From assembly GCA_964019335.1 (NCBI GenBank), contig OZ025729.1, positions 372,883 through 436,882 on the forward strand: 64,000 nucleotides of DNA. The letters are read 5' to 3'. Position numbers and translations under genes: made by a program. Below the pieces are notes generated by a model, which saw only the letters and a program-made list of their open reading frames with translations, had not been told where the DNA came from and did no database searches. The first letter of the stretch is position 1, and each line of letters opens with the position of its first letter. This document shows, in pieces, positions 21,899 to 31,110 of this stretch. Source of the DNA: Diplonema japonicum. Lineage: Eukaryota; Protista; Euglenozoa: Diplonemea.

Positions 21899-22148
21899 GT
21901 ATGGGAATGGGGGGGTTTTCTTTTCGGGTTTGGGTATTATTCTTTTGCCTTAGCCATCGTCTTTCTCAGTTTTTTAGGCTGGGTAATTCCCGTTTTGCAA
22001 AATGAGCGGGCCAGGATTCAAGCTGCTCAAGGACTTCAGAGCTAAGGGTCTGAAGGAAAAAAAAAAAAAAAAAAAAAACGTTTGGGTTCGGGTATTTTAC
22101 AGCGTACGAACTTTTTTTTTTTCTTTTTATACCTTATTTTTTCTTTTC

Positions 22149-22339
22149 ATACCTTCTCGGCCTTTTGGCTAAGATCAAGTGTAGTATCTGTTCTTATCAG
22201 CTTAATATCTGATACAGCACCTCGTGTGCTGCGATATTAAACTAATTTGTCGTTGGGGGTGGCAGGTAGCTCAGGGCAACCTGAGTCTGTCCACAGGTGT
22301 TGCCCTGGAGCTGCACAACATCCAGGAGTGGCACACCTT
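22149..22339 (+). ncRNA. U2: U2 spliceosomal snRNA (full length; gene or retro-copy)
   Basis: ATACCTTCTCGGCCTTTTGGCTAAGATCAAGTGTAGTATCTGTTCTTATCAGCTTAATATCTGATAC is the conserved U2 5' half with branch-site-pairing GTAGTA. Stem IIb (CAGCAC/GTGCTG), Sm-like site, stem III (CTCAGG/CCTGAG) and stem IV (AGGTGTTGCC-CTGGA/TCCAG-GGCACACCT) follow. Confidence 0.95.
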
Positions 22340-22363
22340 ACTCTTCTAGGGGGCGGTATTATC

Positions 22364-24011
22364 ATGTCGAACGATCAGCAGGGGGACAGTAAAGGACCCG
22401 GCCCACCTCCAAGTGGTGCCTCTGGGGCCGAGAAGGATTCGGCGCAGACGGGCCGGGACGGGGCAAAACAGCAAACGTGGGCTGAGCAAGCACGAAAAGC
22501 GGTAGGAAAGGTGGTGAAGGTGGACCACACTTTGTTACCAACGATAGCAAAGGAGCAGAGGACGAACAAGAAGACGCCACAGCAGCAGCAGGGACAAAGG
22601 AAGGGGCAGAAGGACTCATTCAGAGCCATCCTGGGAGCATGGGCGGCACCGAAAGAATGGGAGATGGCGAAGGGAGACCCGAAAGCATCTCTCAAAGCTT
22701 TCATGGGGGACGTAGCAGCGGTGATGGGGGAACCGCTAAAAAGAGAGGGGAGGAGTGTGTAGACATCCTCATCTGGGTCAACAGGAAGGAAGCAGAAGCC
22801 AAGGCAGCCGAGATGAGAGGGCCTTGGGTGCTAGAGAGAAGGCGGCGAGGAGTGGTCTGGCTGGCCACCAGAGATCTGAGGCGCGCTGTGGAGGTGATGG
22901 ACAGCGTGAGGAAGGTCAGCAAGGACGCCTTGCTGACGATGAACGGGAGGGCTTCGGCGTCCAAGTACAGGACGACGTCGAAGCGGTGAGGAAGCTGGTG
23001 GAGCAGGCCAACCTCGGGGTGACAAAGAAGATCTCATACGATCTTAGAGGTCTCCCCCAGGGAACAACACGAGAGGCCGCGCAGCAGACGGTGGCGGCAA
23101 CTGGATGGAAGGGGCAGGTGGTGAGGGTGCTCCCAAAGGAAGGGAAGGTGCTGGCGGTAGTGCAGGCGCAGGAGCCACCAGAATTCGGCGAGATCGACTG
23201 GGGGGAGGGACAAGCAGAGCTGTGGGAGTCCCGCAAACCGCCGGCGAGAGACCCGAAGGAGGAGAGAAGGACGGACCGGAACGGGCAGTGCAAGGGCCAA
23301 CGATACACACAGAAGCAATTCTGGCGCCACTACGGCAAAGCAAGGGGCGAGGAGGAGTGGAAGAGTAACGACCCCGTGGTCGGGGCTCAGCCACAACAAG
23401 AACAACAACAACAAGGGCAACAACAAACTCCAACGCAGAGGGAGAGGCAGCTCGAGGAGCAGGTGAGGGAGCTGAAGGAAGAGGTGAAGAAGCTGAGAGC
23501 AGCGGTAGCGGCAGCCACGAACAAGAGGGCCGAGCCGGGGAAGAAAAGGAAGGTGAGGGAGGATAAAACCCCCTCGATGACGCGGACGCCAGCACCATCA
23601 CCATCGCCAGTGAAGCAGCAGAGGGGTGACGCAGCAGAGGTGGTGCCAGGATATGCGGCAGGAACGGCCAACTCCAAGGCCAAGTCCAGGTCAGGGTTAG
23701 GGACAGGGCGCAACGGGAAGGACAGACGCGTAATCAAGCAGGCCGAGCACGACGAAGGAAGACAGAGGGACTACGACGGGATGGGCAAGAAAGCGCCGAA
23801 GCACACCCACCACTGGGAGGAGCACAAAAGCAGAACCAGGTGGGTGTGCACCAAGTGCGAGCGCAACATGCCGAAGGGTACGTACGCGACCACCTGCAGG
23901 CATGGGGAGTGCAAGCTGCAGAAGTGCAGACGCTGCGTGGAGGGACGGAGGCAGCAGCTGTACTACAGCTCGACAGACGAATCCTCGAGCCTGTCCTCGG
24001 GGGAATGGTGA
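22364..24011 (+). pseudogene. LINE ORF1 (frameshifted): coiled coil and C-terminal Cys/His zinc finger
   Basis: ATG at 22364. Reading passes through ORFs 22247, 22639 and 22755. Coiled coil LEEQVRELKEEVKKL; WVCTKC..TTCRHGECKLQKCRRC. Stop overlaps the ORF2 ATG at 24005. Confidence 0.65.
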
Positions 24012-27000
24012 ACGGCAGGACGCGGTGGAGCGCAGGGGACGGGGACGGACCTGCAAGAGGTAGCGAAGAGGATGCATTTAGAGTATGAGGAAGTCCCGGG
24101 AGACGGGAACTGCCAATACTCGGCAATCTCCACCGCACTGAAAAGGGGGAACGCGGCACAACTACGTCAGCTGACCGCCAAGCACATCGCGAAAAACCCC
24201 CAAAGATACGGAGGACTACTGCAAGCAGAGGATGAGACCGTGGAAGCATACGCGGAGAAAACAGCAAAAGACCGCACGTGGGGGGACCATATCACACTAG
24301 AGGCGGCGGCACATGATGAAGACCAACATCTGGGTCCTGAGGGAGGAAGGAATACAGCGGGCCGCGAGGCCAGAGGACGCAGTGAGCACGATCATCATTG
24401 CGTACGAGCCCTATCACTACGATGCGATCCACGCACCACGATGTGTCACACGCTGGTTGGAGGGGACGGCGAAGACGCGGGTAGGGATAGAAGAACTGAG
24501 AGTGGTAGCGAAGCGAGGTGCTAAGAAGGAATCGACTGGCCAGACTTCGGATCAACACGGGAACTCCCCCGGCCCTGAACGCTGGGGTGTCCTGGATACG
24601 AGGACGGGCGCGAGTCGGAGGCGCGATATCCTCCATGAGAAGTCTGGTAACCCTACAGCCAAAGTCCTAGACTGTAGGGGTGAACGTATAGGCAGCACCA
24701 AGCGGAGCGAACACGAACAGGAACAAAGGACACTGCACCTGACGAGCGTGAACGTGGCGTCGCTGCGCAACAGGCTGGACGACGTAATGAAGCTGGACAC
24801 CGACGTCATCTGCCTACAGGAGATGCGCTCACTGCAGCAGGACAAGGAGAGACGGCCCACGCTATGAAGGGGATGCGTGGCAAGAATAGGTACAGACCCA
24901 TGTGGGGGGACCCACAACCGGGGAGGAAAAAAGAAGGACTGACCTCTATTGACATAGCACAGCGAGGGGGACTCGCGACTTTTGTGAGGGAACCGCGCAC
25001 GGTGCTTGGATCATCCTTGGACAGGGACCTCTGGCTACACATCATCACAGTGTACTGTCCAGCAGGCGAAGCGGAGGAAAAGAGGAGGCAAAGGGAACAG
25101 CTGCTACACCACATCCTGCAGAAGAAGGTGAGAGAGCTGGGGAACGTGCCCATAGTGGTAGCCGGAGACCTGAACACAGACGAAGGGAGGTCTCAGGAAC
25201 TGCGGTACGCGCTACACACGGGGTGGACAGACGCAGCAGCAGCATGTGCCATGCAACGAGGAGAGGAGCCCGGACCCACATTCGTAAGAGACAACTGTGC
25301 GTCGAGGATAGACTACATACTCCTGAACCCAATTGCGGCGCAGGCGCTCAAGGGGTGCGAGACGCGGAAGGACGTCAAAGAAGCGGACCACATGACGCTT
25401 ACCGTGGAGATGGACCTAGGACGGTTCAGGCAGAATATCCAAAGATACATGATACCGAAGGAAATCCCGGAACAGCAGCGGAAGCCGACGGAAGAGGAAG
25501 GCGAACGGGCGCTTGACGGAAGCGAGTTCCGGAGGCATATGCTGAGGGACGGAAGGGGTGACATCAACGCGGCGTGGAGGGAGCTGGCCATGGTCAGTGA
25601 GAACATGCTGCTGGGAGAGGGACCATCCGACAAGGCGCCGTACCAGGGCAGGGGGAAGACCCGAAAGCCACAACAAAAAAAGACTTTGCGCGCCAACAAC
25701 CAGAGGAGCGGCAGGAGCGGCATCGACGAAGCAAGTGAAACTCGAGAGGATGGAAGGAAGACTCCAGGCCGTCAAGATCCAATTGCTAAAGCTTCAACAG
25801 CAAGGCGGGGGACAGATGAGCAGGATAACGACGAGAACCATCCAAAACCTCAACGAGGACCTCCAGAACACGGGTGTCAAGAGCCGGCCCTTATCAGCAG
25901 AGGAGACATGCATTGAGGACATCATTGCAGACGCGGAGCTAATAGGGGAAGCTGTGAAAAGGCGAGAACGGGAACTGGAGAAGGAGCAGAGGGTGGCGAG
26001 GAAAAGGAACTACCTCGATTCGGTGGAGAGAGGGGCTGAGACGAGGGACTTAGTGGCAGGGATGAAGGGAACGCAAGTGGGACGGGGCACAGCGAGCGTG
26101 GAGCTTCAGGGCGCCACGATCGCGAATCCAGAGCAGCTAGACAGGACGATGAGAGAACACTGGGAGACGGTATTCGCGAAGTACAAGAACAGACCACAGC
26201 CCGGGTACGAGACCTTTAAGAAGGAGTACGGGTCACACATCGTCAGACAAGAGATGGGAGGAGGCCCAATCACGGGGGAAAGCCTACGGCAAGTGCTGGT
26301 GAAGAAAACGGCCAGAAGTGCAGCAGGTATAGACGGCTGGCGGATGGCAGAGCTACGTAGGCTCCCAGTGGTGGTGCTAGAAGCATGGGCAGACCTGTTC
26401 AACTTCATCGAAGAGACAGGGGAATGGCCGGAGGCGCTGTGTACGGCGCTGGTGACCTTGGTGCCGAAGTGTAAGAACGCAGGACCACTAGAACACCGAC
26501 CCATCACGGTCACGTCGGCTGTGTGCAGGCTGTGGGCGAGCACCAGGCTGCAGGACATCTTGCCGTGGCAGGAGAGGTGGATACACAACACGCAGCATGG
26601 GTTCAGAACAAAGCACGGGACGGAGGATGTCCTCATGGAAATAAGCACGAGGATCGAAGCAGCGGTGATGGACGGAGAGCCACTTGTAGGAGTGGCCCTG
26701 GGCTTTGCCAAATGTTTCGACACAGTACCGCAGGGGCTGGTGCTGGAGCTGATGAAGGACATGGGCAAAGGCATGTACGACAGCCTCAGGAGAAGGTTCA
26801 GATACGCGACAGGAGTTGGTGAGGAGTTCGAGACCACCAACGGGATCCTGCAAGGCTGCCCCATCTCGATCATCATGATCAACGCGCTGTTGGCGGTCAT
26901 GATGAAGAGCGTGGAGCAGAGGACGGGTGTTGAGACCTTGTCGTACGCCGATGACGCATACCTGTTGGCGGCACTCGCAGAAGTACTACGAGAAGCCACA

Positions 27001-28753
27001 GACACGGTAGGTGCCTTTTGCGACATTGTCGGCATGAAGCTGAACAACAAGAAGTGCGAGGTGTTCGCGGCCGGCGGCAAGGCACCAAGGGTAAAGGTGG
27101 ACGGGCGGGAGCTGGGTACTGCCAACAAGGTGAAGGTACTAGGGGCGAGGTTACGGACGGACGGCAAAGCGCAGAAGGACAACGAGAGGGTCAGGACAGC
27201 TATTAACAGGCTGGAGAGACTCGCGATCACGCCGCTAAGCTATGAGCAGAGGGGGGAGGTACTGCAGACCACTGTAATACCGAGCTGCCTGTACGACGTA
27301 GCCTTCTCCCCACCATCGGATGGATATCTCGCAAAACTGACGAAGGTGGCGTCGCGTGCCTTGTGGGGACCGAGGTACAGGACACGAAACCCGGCGGCAG
27401 TGCTATCAATCCTCCATAAAGGACACACATACGACCCGGAGGTGGCCTCGCCATACCGCGCAATGGCTCTATTCCACAGGGTGCACCAGAAGAAGGGGAC
27501 AGTGTGGGAAAGATGTGAAAGGCTGGCAGTAGCATACCGCGAGGAAGGAAGAACAATACCGCTAGGTCCGGTAGGCAATATGCTGCGAAGGTGGCTTCCG
27601 AAAGTGGGTCTCGGCTGGACGGGGTTCATACAGAAGCTGAAGGAAGGGAAGGAACGTTTCGCGCACGAAATGCGGGAGAGGCTGAGGGTGGGACGCTCAA
27701 AAAGCATCGAACAGGTGAGGAGGTCGATGCGAGACCTGGGGGAAGGAGCGGACCCGAGTACGAACGAGCTCTGGCAGCGGCTGAGGAAGAGCAACGATCC
27801 GATAGCAGCCAGGGCCTTACAGCGGGTGATAACCGGGGGAGTTTTCTACATCAACCCCAGGGGGTGGCACACGGACGCCAAGAAGAACATCGAACCGCCG
27901 AAGGAGGGAGAGGACACCACCTCAGGAGAGGAAGAAGAGGAAGAAGAAGAGGAAATGACGCGACCCACGAGGCAGCAGCCAGCACAGTACGTCAACTGTG
28001 ACATATGTGAACACGAGGTGCATGAGCACGACATGCTCAAGCACGCGCTGTGGGACTGCGAGTTGGCAAGGGAAATACAAAACAAGGAAGCTAACAGAGC
28101 AGTGGTGGAGGAACGGACGGCCATGCCGAGGTGCATGCAGCTGCACGGAGTGCTGCCGCGAGGACACGACAAAGAGCATCTCAAGAACCTGCAGCTCTAC
28201 CTCCTGGAGGTGGTAACAGAACGAGACCGCCGCCTGCAAGAAAAGAGGGCACTGGAGAGGTACACGACTCACCCGTGGGAAGTGATCACAGAAGGAAAAA
28301 GACACCCGACACCGACATGGAGAGAACTACGACAACATGTAGGGGGGGCTCATGAAACAGTACGGACAGGAGATCGTCAAATGGCTAGGGCAGCTCAAGT
28401 GGTACCGGGGCCCGAGGAGAACAACGGTCACGACAATAGAGCTTGCGCTAGACTACGAGAACAGCACAATGAAGTCGCTGGTGGGTGAACGTGGAGACCT
28501 GACACTAATAGGTAAAAAGGCGAGACGGCTGCATGGCCTGCTGGTGAGGCTGCAGGAAGGCTGGCAGGACGCGCGGATAAGGAGGAAGGTCAGGGGACAC
28601 AGAGCCATACCGGCGGAGCAACGGCGGAACCACGGCCTGAGGACCATAGGGGGGAGAAAGGTCTTGGGCTGGGACAGAAGACCGCTGCACGTCTCGGAAC
28701 AGACGAAGAAGGACCTCCAGAAACTGAGACAGCAGTGGCAGAAGGAGCGGTGA
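24005..28753 (+). pseudogene. LINE ORF2 (frameshifted): OTU - APE endonuclease - RT - CCHC zinc finger - C-terminal domain
   Basis: OTU: VPGDGNCQYSAI, WGDHITL, HYDAI. APE: SVNVASL, DVICLQE, VAGDLN, SRIDYI, ADH. RT: AGIDG, HRPITV, QHGFR, GFAKCFD (D to G), GILQGCPIS, YADD. Zinc finger: CDIC..HALWDC. About five frame changes. Confidence 0.88.
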
Positions 28754-28908
28754 GCGCCATGAGGGAGCGGGCTCAGCCCAAAAAGGAAAGACCGAAGCCG
28801 CTGAAGGGAGATAGGGGCAGGTAGAAGAACAAGACAGGAAGTCCCAGATCAGGGATTTCCTTTTACCTCTTTAATTTCTTTTTACTTTTTTATTCATTCT
28901 TTTTTCAG

Positions 28909-29361
28909 ATTGACTTCGGCCTCTCGAAAAGGTTCTTGCGGGACTACAGCGAGGATCACATCCCGTTCAGGATGGACAAGGGCTTTGTGGGTACCTCGCG
29001 GTACGCCCCGATTGCAAGCCACGCAGGGGCTGAACAAGGCCGGAAAGACGACCTCGAGTCAGTGTGCTACGTACTGTTGTACCTGCGTCAGGGAAGCCTA
29101 CCGTGGCAAGGAGGAAAAGGAACCAAAACCGTACGCCGAAAGTATATTCACGAAAAAAAGCAATCCTGCGACCCCTCCACCTTGGGAGCCGATATGAAGA
29201 TCCTGACACCCATCCTGACCCACGTGAAGCGACTCTCCTTCAAAGACAAGCCCGACTATCCCTACATTCTCCAGCTCTTTGACAAGGCTTTCAAAACCAA
29301 CAACATCACCCGTAACTGGGCATACGACTGGCTAAAAGGTCTCGGCCCCCCAGTATCCTGA
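28909..29361 (+). CDS. Casein kinase 1 family kinase, exon 2
   Basis: IDFGLSK, FVGTSRYA, EQGRKDDLES, GSLPWQG, LSFKDKPDY, YDW. Confidence 0.9.
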   Translation: MDFGLSKRFLRDYSEDHIPFRMDKGFVGTSRYAPIASHAGAEQGRKDDLESVCYVLLYLRQGSLPWQGGKGTKTVRRKYIHEKKQSCDPSTLGADMKILTPILTHVKRLSFKDKPDYPYILQLFDKAFKTNNITRNWAYDWLKGLGPPVS

Positions 29362-29466
29362 AAAGGGCAGATTTACACTGCTTTTGTTTCTACAATATGG
29401 TTATATCGTTTTGTTTCGTTTGCTCATGTGTTATTTTCAAAATTCCTTTTTTTTTTTTTTTTTTTG

Positions 29467-30087
29467 ATGGACATTCAAAGGCCCCTCATGAAACCCGGGG
29501 CCATCCATGAAGCCCGCCCCGAAGGAATGTGGCAGAAGGGGCTCCTCGAAGAGGTGGACTGTGGGAAGCTCTGCTGCAACGCGTGGTTGTGTGCCCCGTG
29601 CCTCATGGGGAGGAGCCACAATGCCATTGAGAAAGGGATTCCAAACAAGATGAATTGGGAAGCATGCGGGCTGGTGGTAGCAGGTGCAGTACTGGGAGAG
29701 GCTGCAAGGATCGTTGCGTATCTGACAGCAGGCATTCATTTGGTCGGTCCTGTAGGAAGTGTTCTGTCCTGGGCAATCTTGTCTAGCTACACACATCGGC
29801 ATCGATCAGTGCTCCGGAGTAGGTACCGCATACAGGGAACGGAATGCAATGATTGCCTTGTTTCATGGTTTTGTACATCATGCTCGCTTTGCCAGCACCA
29901 CTCTGAGATATCGCTTTCCGGTCCCGTCCCTCCTGGGTACGTGTGCTATGATCAAGCTCCCGTTACGCTGGTCCACACTGCTGCTCAGCCTACTTATGTT
30001 GTCCCACACCCGCATCTTTACAGCGTGCAACCTGTTGATGGGCTTCCCATCGAACTTTCTTCTGCTACTTACGTTCCTTTGGCTTGA
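29467..30087 (+). CDS. PLAC8 family cysteine-rich membrane protein
   Basis: WQKGL, CCNAWLCAPC, RSVLRSRYRIQG..CNDCLVSWFCTSCSLCQ. ATG at 29467. Confidence 0.85.
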   Translation: MDIQRPLMKPGAIHEARPEGMWQKGLLEEVDCGKLCCNAWLCAPCLMGRSHNAIEKGIPNKMNWEACGLVVAGAVLGEAARIVAYLTAGIHLVGPVGSVLSWAILSSYTHRHRSVLRSRYRIQGTECNDCLVSWFCTSCSLCQHHSEISLSGPVPPGYVCYDQAPVTLVHTAAQPTYVVPHPHLYSVQPVDGLPIELSSATYVPLA

Positions 30088-31110
30088 TCGAGCGTTTGAT
30101 TTCGGTTGGGTTTCATTGGAGAATGATAAATTTTCTTCTAGCCATTTTTGTTTTGTTTTGTTTTTTTCTCAACACCGAAAAAAAAGAAAAGTGCATTAAC
30201 CCGTTAAAAGAAAAAGGAGAAGAAGAAGAAAAAAGGACCAAACCCTGCGCCCCTAGATATGCGAGATTGTCGAACTCCCCCCCCCCCCTTTTTTTGTTTT
30301 TGACTGAAATTTTTGTTCTTTTAATCAGTTTTCCGGGTCCTTCTTTTTCTTTGTGGGTTTTCTTTGTGAAAGACTTTTTCGTGTTTCTTTTTTTGTTTCG
30401 TTTTTTTTATAAGTACTTTTGAACTCCCCCCCCCGACTCATCAAAAGAACAAAACTGTTTTTTGTGCAAACTTTAGCTTAACGAGCCTGAAAGTAACGAA
30501 TCCAACAAGGTTTGGGGGGGGGGGGGGGTAAAGGCCTTCTAAAAAAGAAAAAGGGATGTTTTGTTGCACCAAGACCCCCCCCTTGCTTTTATTTTCCAAT
30601 CGAGGCTGCTAAGCTGCAGTGTTCTTGAGTGGGAAACTTGCTTTTTTTTTTTCCCTTTACATTTCTTCCCATAGGAACAAGAAGTAGTCACGCCACCCAA
30701 ACTACACTCCCTTCTTTTCTTCTTTTTTTCTCCAAATTAACCATAGTATCCAGGGTTAACCGATCACCTTCGGGTTTTAAAACCCGACCCGAGCAATTTT
30801 AGATTTTCGATCACTGTCGGGTTAATGATGGGTTTTTTTCTAATTTCGGATCGGTTTGATCGATCCAAAACCCATATTTCTGGCAGAAAATACCAAGACC
30901 GTGCTCAAATTCACATTTTTTTTTTTTCAAAAACCCTATTTTGACGATCGGGGCAATGAACAGTGCGTGGTGTACTTGGAAGGACTTTAATCTGTAACAC
31001 CTCCCCCCCCCACTTTCTCCCCCAAATGATCTTTTTCCACAAGCTTAAGATCGATCCCTTAAGATTTTCACACAGTTTCTACCTTAATACAAAAGAAAAA
31101 TAATTAAGCA

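Larger units (their letters stand above)
22364..28860 (+). mobile_element. Full-length, decayed two-ORF non-LTR retrotransposon (APE-RT type with OTU domain)
   Basis: ORF1 and ORF2 fragments are collinear across several frameshifts. Purine-rich coding strand. 3' hairpin GGAAGTCCC/GGGATTTCC precedes the intron polypyrimidine tract. Confidence 0.88.
21899..28908 (+). other. 7,010-bp GT-AG intron of the CK1 gene containing U2 snRNA and a LINE
   Basis: GTATGG donor; polypyrimidine tract and TTTTTCAG acceptor. Splicing restores the conserved CK1 junction VYL-IDFGLSK in frame (334 aa total). Confidence 0.9.

Noticed and set aside
21899-22045. Hydrophobic C-terminus of ORF 21347-22045
   Set aside because: Read-through into the intron; the kinase continues at 28909.
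22149-22200. Utopia/Keno-type insertion into U2
   Set aside because: U2 is not interrupted and no U2 3' half follows the element.
20385-22339. Functional clustering of YJU2 with U2
   Set aside because: Proximity alone; U2 lies in another gene's intron and is tied to a retroelement.
26106-27230. 374-aa antisense ORF and similar minus-strand ORFs
   Set aside because: Shadows of GC-rich + strand coding sequence with no motifs.
28859-28868. CCTTTTAC as U5 snRNA loop 1
   Set aside because: No enclosing stem; it is part of the polypyrimidine tract.
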